DNA from: a virus
Taxonomy: Duplodnaviria; Caudoviricetes
Direction: 5' to 3' (one strand)
DNA length: 54,370 nucleotides
IMG/VR virus record: IMGVR_UViG_3300046167_000449
Coordinates: 1 to 54,370 of that record
Shown here in pieces: positions 41,364-51,437 of this stretch. Below the pieces are notes generated by a model that had not been told where the DNA came from, searched no databases, and saw only the letters and a program-made list of their open reading frames with translations. The first letter of the stretch is position 1. Every line of letters starts with the position of its first letter. The position numbers and the translations under genes were made by a program.

Positions 41364-42107
41364 ATGAAATTACAAATTGATCGAATTGACCAACACGAGC
41401 TTACAGGTTTTATTAATCGTGTAAAGCTTATTGACTCATTTGTCTACATGAAAATCAAAGATGGACAAATACACTCTGCAGTTTATTTACCGCAAAGAGA
41501 CGCAGTAAAATCACATACTGTAAACTGTGATAAAATCTTCCAAATCAGTGAATTTCCAGATACTGACAAGGAAATGAAAGTTGCTTTCTTTGAAGGAGCT
41601 AAAGTAATTGATGCAATTAAACACTTTGAGCACGATGCTATCAAAGGTGAAATTGAGTTCTTAGAAAACGAAAATGAGTTCGTTGCATCTACACTTAGAA
41701 TCTTTAACGATGAGCTAGAAATTACTTTATCTTGTTCAGAGCCTTCATTAGGATTTAAAGACCTAACACCGGATCAACAAGCAGCTATTTTCGCAACTGA
41801 TGATACTAACTTCAGTTTTACAATGGACACTCACACAATCAATAAAGTTAAAAACTTATTTGGACTTGATAAAGATGAGACGTTTAGTGTAAAAGCTAAT
41901 GGCACAGGAGTCGCTGTTAGTGGTAAATCATTTAACGCTACAATTAATCCAGAATCAAATGGAAGTGGCGCAGTAACGGTTTACAAAAAGTATTTAAACC
42001 TGTTAGACAAAGAAGAACAAACTGTACATATTTCAGATTCTAAAATCGTATTCGAATCTACAGAATCTAGTACACTACTTACTGTATCAACTTGTCAAAC
42101 AGCTTAA
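41364..42107 (+). CDS. Probable sliding clamp (gp45-like)
   Basis: 247 aa, acidic, two alpha/beta repeats, directly before the polymerase subunit; no diagnostic motif. Confidence 0.5.
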   Translation: MKLQIDRIDQHELTGFINRVKLIDSFVYMKIKDGQIHSAVYLPQRDAVKSHTVNCDKIFQISEFPDTDKEMKVAFFEGAKVIDAIKHFEHDAIKGEIEFLENENEFVASTLRIFNDELEITLSCSEPSLGFKDLTPDQQAAIFATDDTNFSFTMDTHTINKVKNLFGLDKDETFSVKANGTGVAVSGKSFNATINPESNGSGAVTVYKKYLNLLDKEEQTVHISDSKIVFESTESSTLLTVSTCQTA

Positions 42108-42110
42108 TAG

Positions 42111-43319
42111 ATGGATATAACTGCATTAGAAAATAAACCAACCGATCAACTAAGTAAAGAAGAGGCTGAGTTGCTTGTAAAACACTACAAGCAACTCTCC
42201 GCTAAGTATACTGCTTATGAACAAGCTGTAAAACTTACTCTTAACTCTATTTATGGTGCATTCGGTAATAAGTGGTTTCACTTTTTTAATATTGATATTG
42301 CAGAGTCCATTACTAAACAAGGTAAAGATGCTATTCTTTATTCCGAAACAATACTTAACAAATACGTTAATGATTTTTGGCATAAAGATACTAAAGTACA
42401 CGAACAATTCAATATTAAAGTAAAGGGTAAAATTGAAAAACCTGCAGTAATTTATATTGACACAGATTCATGTTACGTTCAGTTTCAAGACCTTTATGAA
42501 TCTATTATCTGGGAAGATGAAGATAATGTTTTACCTATTGATGAATTTATCCTAGCGTTCTATGCATTTAGACTTCAAGACTATATTACTAAATGTATGC
42601 AAAAATATGCTGATGTATCTAATACTGATAACTTCTTATTCTTTGAACTAGAATCTCTTGCCTATAATGGTATTTGGATGTCAAAGAAAAAGTATATTCA
42701 AAATATTGCATGGGATGATAAACTAGAAACTACTGATAGACATCCATCGCTTAAGAAAGTAAAGACAATCGGCTTTGATACTATTCAATCTTCTACGCCA
42801 AAGTTTGCAAGAGAGAAATTAGTAGAAGCACTTAGAATTTTATTTAGGTCACAGAAAACACCTGGCGCTGAAGAGCTACAACAATTAGTTAGCTTTATGA
42901 AAGAGACTAAAAAAGAATTTGCATTAGCAAATATTGACGACATCTCATTTAATAGAAGAACTAATAATATTGAAAAGTATATTGTAGATGACCAAATTGA
43001 ATTTCAAGTAGGACTAAAATGTCCAGCTAACGTAAAGGCAGCAGGTTACTATAACTATAACTTGAATAACAATTCTAAATATAAAAACAAATATAAATTG
43101 ATTGGTAACGGTGAGAAGCTTAAGATTTACAATTGTAAAACTCCAATCTCTGAAGTATTTGCTTATTTACCAGGTGAACATCCTTATGAGATCGCACCTA
43201 AAGTAGACTATGATACACAATTTGAAAAGTGTATGATTGACCCACTTAATAGAGTATTGAAAGCTATTAAATTACAGACATTAGACACTAACCTGATCTA
43301 CGCATCAGCATTATTTTAA
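42111..43319 (+). CDS. gp43B: DNA polymerase B, C-terminal subunit (motifs B and C, thumb)
   Basis: QAVKLTLNSIYGAFGN, YIDTDS, KKKY and QSSTP. Confidence 0.92.
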   Translation: MDITALENKPTDQLSKEEAELLVKHYKQLSAKYTAYEQAVKLTLNSIYGAFGNKWFHFFNIDIAESITKQGKDAILYSETILNKYVNDFWHKDTKVHEQFNIKVKGKIEKPAVIYIDTDSCYVQFQDLYESIIWEDEDNVLPIDEFILAFYAFRLQDYITKCMQKYADVSNTDNFLFFELESLAYNGIWMSKKKYIQNIAWDDKLETTDRHPSLKKVKTIGFDTIQSSTPKFAREKLVEALRILFRSQKTPGAEELQQLVSFMKETKKEFALANIDDISFNRRTNNIEKYIVDDQIEFQVGLKCPANVKAAGYYNYNLNNNSKYKNKYKLIGNGEKLKIYNCKTPISEVFAYLPGEHPYEIAPKVDYDTQFEKCMIDPLNRVLKAIKLQTLDTNLIYASALF

Positions 43320-43323
43320 AATT

Positions 43324-43500
43324 ATGACAATAGAACAAATTAACCAACTAGTAGAAAAGTTTCCAAACGATATGCAATTAGGTGAAGCAGTTAGAAGAGC
43401 CTATTGGGAAGCTAAAAAATCGAAGGAAGTAAAAAACCCATCTCAGTTAAACATATTTGACGATGATGATAGAGATGATGTAATACTAGGTTACGACTAA
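43324..43500 (+). CDS. Small protein, 58 aa, with QLNIF motif (missing from ORF track)
   Basis: MTIEQINQLVEKFPNDMQLGEAVR...PSQLNIFDDDD; TAATG overlap with the next gene. Confidence 0.65.
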   Translation: MTIEQINQLVEKFPNDMQLGEAVRRAYWEAKKSKEVKNPSQLNIFDDDDRDDVILGYD

Positions 43501-43709
43501 TGGAAAATTCAATTAACATAGAAGACCTTCCTGTAAAACAACAGATTTATGTTAGAGAATATCAAAGAATCTTACATGGTTTAGCAGATATTCAACTAGG
43601 CATAGAGAATCTTTCTGATAGAGCTAAAGAGCTTACAAAGGAGCTTAATGAACTTAGAGCTAAAGAGAAAGAGGAATTTGGAGACGATAACGTATTAGAT
43701 AATGTGTAG
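43500..43709 (+). CDS. Small coiled-coil protein
   Basis: 69-aa heptad-rich ORF. Confidence 0.6.
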   Translation: MENSINIEDLPVKQQIYVREYQRILHGLADIQLGIENLSDRAKELTKELNELRAKEKEEFGDDNVLDNV

Positions 43710-43736
43710 GAAACTATATCGGACTCTACCATATAA
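43710..43736 (+). promoter_or_regulatory. GAAAC-N17-TATAA promoter
   Basis: Direct motif match upstream of uvsX. Confidence 0.65.
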
Positions 43737-43761
43737 CATTTAACGAAATAAAAGTAATAAA

Positions 43762-44874
43762 ATGGCAAAAAAGAAAACATTTAGTTTTGATGACATTAAT
43801 AAAGAATTAGCGGACCTTAATCCGCTAGGTTCCGTTATGGAACATTCTAATTTTAGTGAGGTTACAGAATGGATTGACACTGGTAACTATCACTTAAACG
43901 CATGTGTCAGTGGCTCACTTTTTAGAGGTTGGCCTAATAATAGATCTTGTTCAATTGCAGGTCCTTCTGGAACTGGTAAAACATATTTAATTTTAAACTC
44001 TATTGCAAGAGCAATTGACATGGGATATAGTGTTATCTTCTATGATTCAGAAGCAGCGGTTGATAGAGAACTAATGAAGAAGTTTGGTATTGATACTACT
44101 AAAGTCAATTACCAACCATGTAATACTGTACAAGAGTTTAGAACTTCTGTAACATCTATTACTTCAAAAATGCAAGAGGTAAAAAGAGCTGGTGGTGAAG
44201 TACCTAAGATTATGATTATCTTAGATTCTGCTGGTAACTTAGCAACAATGAAAGAGATTGAAGATGCTAAGTCTGGTTCTGAGAAATCAGATATGACTAG
44301 ATCGAAAGTTCTTAAATCTATCTTTAGAATTATTATGACGCCACTTGCAGATCTTAAGATCCCATTCTTGTTTACTAACCATACATATCAAACACAGTCA
44401 TTTATTTCCCAGACTGTAGCAGGTGGTGGTACTGGACCAGAATATGCAGCTTCAATAGTTTTATTCTTAGGTAAAGCTCAGTTGAAAGAAGGTGGCGAAA
44501 AGACTGGTATTATTGTAACAGCTAAACCAAATAAAAATAGATTTGCAAAACCACATCCAATTAAATTCCACTTACACTTTACAGAGGGTATGAACAGATA
44601 TGTTGGCTTAGAGCAATATATTGATTGGGAAGAAATCGGTATTGCAAAAGGTAGTATTGAAAAGGGAGTTAAAACTCCTAAGGCTACAGCAAGGGGTTGG
44701 ATTTGTAAACACTTAGATGAAGCAGTACCTAATGCAGAGTTCTTTACAGATAAAGTATTTACAGAAGAGATTCTACAAAAGATTGAAAAGAAGATTCAGC
44801 CAATATTCAATTATAGCACTGAACACAGAGAGCTAAACGTAGATGAGTTACTAGAAGTAGAAGATGAAGATTAA
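43762..44874 (+). CDS. uvsX: RecA-like recombinase UvsX
   Basis: GPSGTGKT, YDSEAA, ILDSAGNL, TNHTY and GGGTG. Confidence 0.92.
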   Translation: MAKKKTFSFDDINKELADLNPLGSVMEHSNFSEVTEWIDTGNYHLNACVSGSLFRGWPNNRSCSIAGPSGTGKTYLILNSIARAIDMGYSVIFYDSEAAVDRELMKKFGIDTTKVNYQPCNTVQEFRTSVTSITSKMQEVKRAGGEVPKIMIILDSAGNLATMKEIEDAKSGSEKSDMTRSKVLKSIFRIIMTPLADLKIPFLFTNHTYQTQSFISQTVAGGGTGPEYAASIVLFLGKAQLKEGGEKTGIIVTAKPNKNRFAKPHPIKFHLHFTEGMNRYVGLEQYIDWEEIGIAKGSIEKGVKTPKATARGWICKHLDEAVPNAEFFTDKVFTEEILQKIEKKIQPIFNYSTEHRELNVDELLEVEDED

Positions 44875-45163
44875 TAAGGATAAGCTACCGATCAAGTATA
44901 TCCTAGGGATAGAAAAAGATCTACCAGATTATCCAACCGCTCTAGATGTTTTACAAGCTGAAGTAAAACTGTGTAATAGAAACCCAGACAGATATAAAGG
45001 TAGCTTTACCTACCATGCATTAAAAACTTATAGATTCCCAGAATCTGAACCAGATAAAATTTTAGAATCTGCAAAAGAATTGGTAATATTAGGTTTATGT
45101 GAACAAACAAACGAAGAGCCCGGTAAAGAGGCTTTTAAAATTTTAATAAACCCATTCGAATGA
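44864..45163 (+). CDS. Hypothetical protein
   Basis: 99-aa in-operon ORF. Confidence 0.6.
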   Translation: MKINKDKLPIKYILGIEKDLPDYPTALDVLQAEVKLCNRNPDRYKGSFTYHALKTYRFPESEPDKILESAKELVILGLCEQTNEEPGKEAFKILINPFE

Positions 45164-45739
45164 TAGCAGTATTTGACAATTTCATAAAAGATCCGACTCT
45201 ATTGAAAGAGATCGAGATAAACTATAAACATATTTTTAGAGATCCAGGTAAGTATAAGTACTGGAATGGTTGGTGGAATACTCCAGCAAATAATACAACT
45301 AAAAAAGTAATTCAATATGTATGGGGAGAGAATTGCCCTATTTCACAAGGCTATAGTATTGATGGCTTTGAGTATTGGACTGGTATTCAAACAGCAGCAA
45401 ATATTGAAGATGGCTGGAGTGATAACCTAAATACATTTTGATAAAGATGAAGCCTGGTTTGAAAAAACTGAAGAAGTTGTAAGCCCAATTATAGGTAGTG
45501 TATATTATCCAGCAGGACAAGATTTTGATGGAGGTGATCTTGCAATATACACAGAAGGCCGAGATTCGACACCAGAGGTCATCAAAGCAAAACCTAATAG
45601 ATTTATCATCTTTAAAGCTGGGAACGATCTACACACAGTCCAGCAAGTTACACGAGGTATTAGAAATGCTATTGCAATTAACTTATGGGAAGATGAACCT
45701 TATTCTAAACAAAAAGGACATTTAGTCATAGAACAATAA
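45160..45739 (+). CDS. 2OG-Fe(II) oxygenase (frameshift near 45430)
   Basis: HFDKDE, SVYYP, DGGDL, PNRFIIF, LHTV and R-NAIAINLW. Confidence 0.8.
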
Positions 45740-45746
45740 AAATAAT

Positions 45747-47063
45747 ATGCAGTTCGGACAAGACTTTGAAAAAATATTCTTTAGACTCTCATTAGAGAAG
45801 CCAAAATACTTACAGGCAATTAAATTTAACTTCTATACTTCAGAAGAAATTGATGCCTTAAGTTTTTTAGCTAATAAGTTCTATGCTAAATTTAATGAGA
45901 CTCCAACTAGAGAGAATTTAAAGTTATTAGTTCAAAATCATCCTAAGTCTAAGGAGAGAGTTTCAGATGGTATCTTAGATATGATCTTTGATGTAGACCT
46001 AGACAAATACGATGAGGAGTGGCTAACTAATACTGCAGAAGCTTGGATTAAGTGGAGAACATTTAATAACTCATTAACAGATACAATTGAGTATATTAAA
46101 ACCACTGATGTTAATCCAGAAAACGTAGAAGCTATCGTAACCAAAGTAAAGGGTTTAATTAACGATAGAAATAACTTAACATTTAATTCTGATCTTGGTC
46201 TTAACTTCTTTGATTTTGATGCACACGACCAGAAAGAATCTGAGAAAGTTAGTACAGGTTACAATTTCTTAGACCGAATGTTAGGTGGTGGTTATGACAA
46301 AGGTGGTAACCTTGTAGTTTATGCTGGTGAACAGAATATCGGTAAATCTATTTACTTAGCAAATGATGCAGCTAACTTTGTCAAGATGGGAACTAATACT
46401 GTAGTAATTACTGCGGAAATGGCAGCACATAAATTCGTAAAAAGAATTGGTGCTAATCTACTTTCAGTTAACATTAATGAGTATGCAGAGAAAGCTAAGA
46501 ATAAAGAACATATTAAACGTAGGTTAGAAACTGTCGGTGATGGATTTACTCCTCCCGGTAACCTATATGTAAAACAGTTTCCTACATCACAAGCTACAGT
46601 ACTAGATATTGAAGCTTATGTAAATCAAATTGAAGAAGAAAGACAAATTAAAGTGGGCGCAGTTGTAATTGACTATATTAATATCTTAGCCAATTATCGT
46701 AACCAAAATACGGAGAATACATATATGAAGATCAAGCAAATTGCAGAGGACCTTCGTGCTATGGGAATTCGTAATGACTGGTTGATTGTAACAGCAACCC
46801 AAATTACAAGATCAGGCTATAATGCATCGGACATAACTATGACTGACATCGCAGAATCCGCGGGACTTTCTCATACCGCAGATGTAATGCTTGGTATTAT
46901 TCAAGATGATTTAATGCGTGCTAATCAAGAGTATTGGTTAAAGGTACTTAAGATTAGAGATGGTGAAGGTAAAGGAACAAAGTGTAAACTAAATATTGAT
47001 TGGAATTATATGAGGTTACAAGAAACACATGAGATGTCTAACTCAAATATTCATTCAATATAA
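45747..47063 (+). CDS. gp41: Replicative helicase (T4 gp41/DnaB-like)
   Basis: GEQNIGKS, TAEM, VIDYINI, TATQITR, AESAGL and KIRDG. Confidence 0.93.
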   Translation: MQFGQDFEKIFFRLSLEKPKYLQAIKFNFYTSEEIDALSFLANKFYAKFNETPTRENLKLLVQNHPKSKERVSDGILDMIFDVDLDKYDEEWLTNTAEAWIKWRTFNNSLTDTIEYIKTTDVNPENVEAIVTKVKGLINDRNNLTFNSDLGLNFFDFDAHDQKESEKVSTGYNFLDRMLGGGYDKGGNLVVYAGEQNIGKSIYLANDAANFVKMGTNTVVITAEMAAHKFVKRIGANLLSVNINEYAEKAKNKEHIKRRLETVGDGFTPPGNLYVKQFPTSQATVLDIEAYVNQIEEERQIKVGAVVIDYINILANYRNQNTENTYMKIKQIAEDLRAMGIRNDWLIVTATQITRSGYNASDITMTDIAESAGLSHTADVMLGIIQDDLMRANQEYWLKVLKIRDGEGKGTKCKLNIDWNYMRLQETHEMSNSNIHSI

Positions 47064-47078
47064 AAACAATAAAACCAC

Positions 47079-47516
47079 ATGGCAAAAAATGATAAAATTT
47101 TTAATAATAATTTTGACACTCCAGAATTTGAATTAGGTAATATTAGTTTTGAATTAGATCCTTCTATTAAGGATAATCAAGATGAAGAAGAAAGAATCCA
47201 TTTTGATATGATCGCTAGACAGATTCATGAATTAATTGGATTATCTAGATTTAAAGTATTTAATGAAGTAGATGAACTAGGTAAATGTAATAAACTTAGA
47301 AAAAACGACATTAATGAAGTTTATGGATATATCATAGATGAAATGGCAGCTAAATTTAGCCGTATTGATATATTCAGTGAAATGTGTGTATATTTCGATA
47401 TTAAACCAGTGAAATTTTATAGTTCACTTTCAAATGTATATAAAGAAGATCTAATCCAAGAATTAGATTTAAGAACCGGTATTTTAGAAAAGAAGAACAT
47501 TAAAAAGTTATTTTAA
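47079..47516 (+). CDS. Hypothetical protein (position and size compatible with a gp33-like co-activator; unconfirmed)
   Basis: Helical acidic ORF ending IKKLF. Confidence 0.5.
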   Translation: MAKNDKIFNNNFDTPEFELGNISFELDPSIKDNQDEEERIHFDMIARQIHELIGLSRFKVFNEVDELGKCNKLRKNDINEVYGYIIDEMAAKFSRIDIFSEMCVYFDIKPVKFYSSLSNVYKEDLIQELDLRTGILEKKNIKKLF

Positions 47517-48632
47517 ATGATTGAACCTAAGGTAATTAAACAAGGAGCCAAAAGAGTATGGGTCCTTGGAGACTTACACTTTGGTGTAAGAGCAAACTCG
47601 GTCGAGTGGCTAAATATTCAAAAAGACTTCTTCGAGAACATGTTTATCCCAACATTGAAGAAGCATGTGCAACCGGGTGATGTCCTAGTACAAGTAGGAG
47701 ATACCTTTGATAATAGACAGTCTATTAATATTAAGGTATTAAGCTATGCCGTGGATCTATTTGAAAGACTAGGTCAAATTCTACCATGTTATGTAATCTG
47801 CGGTAACCATGATATTTGGGCTAAGAAGTCAAATGATATTTCATCAATCGATAGTTTAAAATGGATTCCTAATGTACAGGTTTACAAAGAGCCAGAACTT
47901 TTAAATTGGTCTGGTAAGAATGTATTATTAATGCCGTGGAGAAGAGATGCAGAACATGAAGCAGAAACTCTAGCAGATTATCCACAAGCAGATATTGTAT
48001 ATTGTCACTCAGAAGTTAGAGGTATTTACCTTAATGCTAAAGTTAAGAATGAGCATGGTACAGATTCTAATATCTATGACAAATATACAAGAGTTTACTC
48101 TGGTCATATCCACTTCAGACAGGAAAGAGGTAAACTATTAATGGTCGGTGTGCCATATCAATTAACAAGATCCGATAGAGATAATCCGAAAGGATTTGAT
48201 TTAGTCAATTTAGAAAATATGGAAGAGACTTTCTTTGAGAATCATATTTCCCCTAAATTTCTAAGATATAACATTAAAGCGCTATATGATATGCCTCTCG
48301 GCAAGTTTAAGGAACAAATAGAAAATAACTTTGTAGATCTATTCGTACCTTCACAAATCGCCACAACCAATGCATTGAGCCAGTTGGTTAATGAGATACA
48401 ACATATATCAAGAAAATTAGAGCCTAATATTTACGAAGAAGATTCATATATCGATAAAGACTTTTATGATATAGATGAAATTGAAGAGATGTATAAGAAT
48501 TACAATATTCTTAATCTTTGTAATATGTATATTGATGGTATGAAACAAGACGAGGATTTAGCTCTAAAACTAAAGAGCAAGTTAAAACAATTGTATACAC
48601 AATGTGCTTACAATTATGACACCGACAAATAA
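47517..48632 (+). CDS. gp47: Recombination nuclease subunit (Mre11/SbcD-like)
   Basis: GDLHFG, GDTFDNR, GNHD and SGHIH. Confidence 0.92.
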   Translation: MIEPKVIKQGAKRVWVLGDLHFGVRANSVEWLNIQKDFFENMFIPTLKKHVQPGDVLVQVGDTFDNRQSINIKVLSYAVDLFERLGQILPCYVICGNHDIWAKKSNDISSIDSLKWIPNVQVYKEPELLNWSGKNVLLMPWRRDAEHEAETLADYPQADIVYCHSEVRGIYLNAKVKNEHGTDSNIYDKYTRVYSGHIHFRQERGKLLMVGVPYQLTRSDRDNPKGFDLVNLENMEETFFENHISPKFLRYNIKALYDMPLGKFKEQIENNFVDLFVPSQIATTNALSQLVNEIQHISRKLEPNIYEEDSYIDKDFYDIDEIEEMYKNYNILNLCNMYIDGMKQDEDLALKLKSKLKQLYTQCAYNYDTDK

Positions 48633-50303
48633 TGAGAATAGACTATATTGAGTTTAAGAACTTTGCTTCTTACGGAAATCAAGTACAGCGGATAGAATTT
48701 AGAAAGGATGCATCAGAGTTATTTTTAACTTTAGGTAAAAATGGTCATGGTAAAACTACTATTGCTAATGCAATTATATACGGTCTATATGGTAAAGTTG
48801 AAGGTGTAAAATTAGCAGATCTACCTAATCGTATTAATAAAGAACTTCATGTAAAGATTGGTTTACAATGTGGTACTATGGCTATAGAAATAGAGCGAGG
48901 TATTGCACCAAATAGATTTAGCGTCTTAATTAATGGAGTTGAGTTTGATAAAGCAGGTAAGAAATCTGTACAAGAGTATTTAGAAGATGAAGTATTCGGT
49001 ATTCCATATCATGTATTTAAAAATATAATTATTCTATCAGTAAATGATTTTAAATCATTTTTAACTATGTCTAATCAAGACAAGAAGCAGATTATCGATA
49101 GAATGTTTGGCTTCTCTATTCTTAATGATATGCAAAGGCAAATCAAAGACGAACGTAGAGATATTAAATATGATATTGATGCTTATGATGCTGAGTTAAA
49201 TGAAATAATGAATTCAATCGGATCAGTTAAAGGTAAATTAAATACTTTACTTGCAGAATCTAAAACTGCAAATAAATCTAAGATCCAAGAATTAAAAGAC
49301 CAATTAGTTACTCTACATGAAACTGTATTAGATATTGAAGCTAATCGTACGAAGGAAGAAGATGCGATGAATAAGTTCAATAAAGAATATAATGAAAAGA
49401 GAACTGAGGCTGGGGATATTAAAAGAGAGATTGATTATCTAAATAAGAAGTTAAAGTTATATGAAAGTGGACATTGTCCCAACTTGTGAAACTAAGTTAA
49501 CTTCTGATTGGCACGTAAAACAAAAAGATTCTTTTACTGAAAAGATTGATACCAGTACAAATGATATTAAGTCTATTAAAACAGAGATGGATGCTCTACA
49601 AGATAAAGTTTTAAAGGCTAGAACTGCTAAACTAGATTTAGAAGGTCAGATCTCAGATAATAAGGTAACGATGCGAGGTCTTAAAGGAGAACTATTAAAA
49701 TTAAAAGATACTCCAGAGGGTGCAGACTTCGATCACTTAAGAGGTCTTATTACAGAGTTTGAAGAGAAAGAAGCTGAAAAATCTGCAAATAAAGATCAGT
49801 TAAATGGTGACTATAACTTTATGGAAATAGTAGAGAATATTTTAGGTGAAGATGGCGTAAAGAATTTAGCAGTTAAAACTATTCTACCAGGACTTAATAG
49901 CAATATTGCAGCCATGGCACAAACCATGCACTTACAATTCCATATTAGATTTGATGAGAAGTTCAATTGTATTATTAATCACTTAGGTGAAGATATTAAT
50001 CCAATGACACTTTCAACTGGTGAGCGTAAGAAAGCAGACTTTATTGTTATTATTGCAATTATTAAAATCTTAAAATTAAGATTCCCACAATTAAACCTTC
50101 TTTTCTTAGATGAGTTATTATCTTCAGTAGACCATGATGGTGTTTACAATATATTGAAGATTTTAAATCAAGTAATTAAAGAACATGAAATAAACACATT
50201 CGTAATTAATCACTCGGTACTACCACATGAGATTTTTGACAAGAAAATTGAAATTTACCGAGAAAATGGATTCTCTAAATTTACAATAGAGAACATAGAT
50301 TAA
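48632..50303 (+). CDS. gp46: Recombination ATPase subunit (Rad50/SbcC-like), frameshift near 49478
   Basis: GKNGHGKT, Zn hook CPTC restored across the shift, LSTGERKK and LFLDE. Confidence 0.92.
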
Positions 50304-50321
50304 TGGAGTGATATATACTCT

Positions 50322-51398
50322 ATGGCAACATACAATCTTAAATTTAATAAAGACGATTCAGTTATTAGACACGTAGTTGTTGGTCTATTAGCAGACCTCA
50401 ATAGTAAACTGAGTTTTTGGAGACAAATTAGCAACGACGAGAGAGTGGTTGTTGATGTCCCTTTCTTTTATGCAGTCTCAGGAGATGAGAACTTTTTAAA
50501 AGATGCATTCCTATTTTCAAATGTTAATGGACCAGGTTGTGACCCTGATGGTCAGTATGCAGATGGTAATTATGATAAAGTACCAAGAGGTATTGTAAAT
50601 TTAACTTCATTTGCAGTAGATCCTGCAAAATTAGTTAATAAAAGAAATATGGGCCAATATTCAATGATGAATGAAGAAGGCCTAATGGAAGGTTATGTTG
50701 CTGAATTCGAAATGATTCCATGTGTTATTGGAGTTGATGTAGAAATACTTGTATCAAGTCAATTAGACTTATTTAAAGTTACAGAAGCTATTGTAAAGAA
50801 AATGTACAAGGCTAATTTCTATAATGTAGATGCAGGACATTTAGAAGAGGGAACTTACAGAATCTCATCTGAGTATATGATGCCAGATGATTATACACAG
50901 GAAAAACCTGTGGAATATAGCTTTGATGATAAAGCAAATCATAAAATTACATTTAGTCTAGAGATTAATTCATTTATCCCATCATTTGATTTTGAAGAAG
51001 ATACTTATAGAAAATTCACTAGAACTACTTATGCTAATGCAATAACAGGAGACTATGACGATCCAAATGGATTCTTAGATCCTAATATGTCCCCTAATGT
51101 TTATTATGATTGTAACCAAGGTACCAAGTGGGAATCTAATGGACTACAATGGGTTATGACAGGAGGTGGATTCTCATGTACAGATCTTTCATTAGTAGCT
51201 ACATTTGGTGAAGAACAAAATACAGAATCTCAAATTAAAAGAGTTTCTAGAAGAAGAAAACAGTCTAATAGAATGTTTACAATTAAGAACGGACCAGGTC
51301 CTAATGTAGCTACTTCAGAGGATGCTAAACCAATACTTGGAGACAATTATTCAGTCACCGGAAGGGACTATCCGTTTGGAGGTAAAATAGACGAATAA
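50322..51398 (+). CDS. Tail terminator / sheath stabiliser gp15-like
   Basis: IRHVVVG...VDVPFFY...VPRG pattern; late promoter at 50310. Confidence 0.55.
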   Translation: MATYNLKFNKDDSVIRHVVVGLLADLNSKLSFWRQISNDERVVVDVPFFYAVSGDENFLKDAFLFSNVNGPGCDPDGQYADGNYDKVPRGIVNLTSFAVDPAKLVNKRNMGQYSMMNEEGLMEGYVAEFEMIPCVIGVDVEILVSSQLDLFKVTEAIVKKMYKANFYNVDAGHLEEGTYRISSEYMMPDDYTQEKPVEYSFDDKANHKITFSLEINSFIPSFDFEEDTYRKFTRTTYANAITGDYDDPNGFLDPNMSPNVYYDCNQGTKWESNGLQWVMTGGGFSCTDLSLVATFGEEQNTESQIKRVSRRRKQSNRMFTIKNGPGPNVATSEDAKPILGDNYSVTGRDYPFGGKIDE

Positions 51399-51437
51399 TT
51401 TGACGATATATACTTAATAGAAAATAAAATACGAAAA

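Noticed and set aside
37180-42240. Split intein or group I intron joining the polymerase halves
   Set aside because: There are no Hint residues at either junction, and the intervening DNA is ordinary genes.
753-49380. Short antisense and nested alternative-frame ORFs in the ORF track (e.g. 4231-4449, 21063-21392, 38784-39089)
   Set aside because: They are shadows of well-supported plus-strand genes, with no promoter or recognisable motif.
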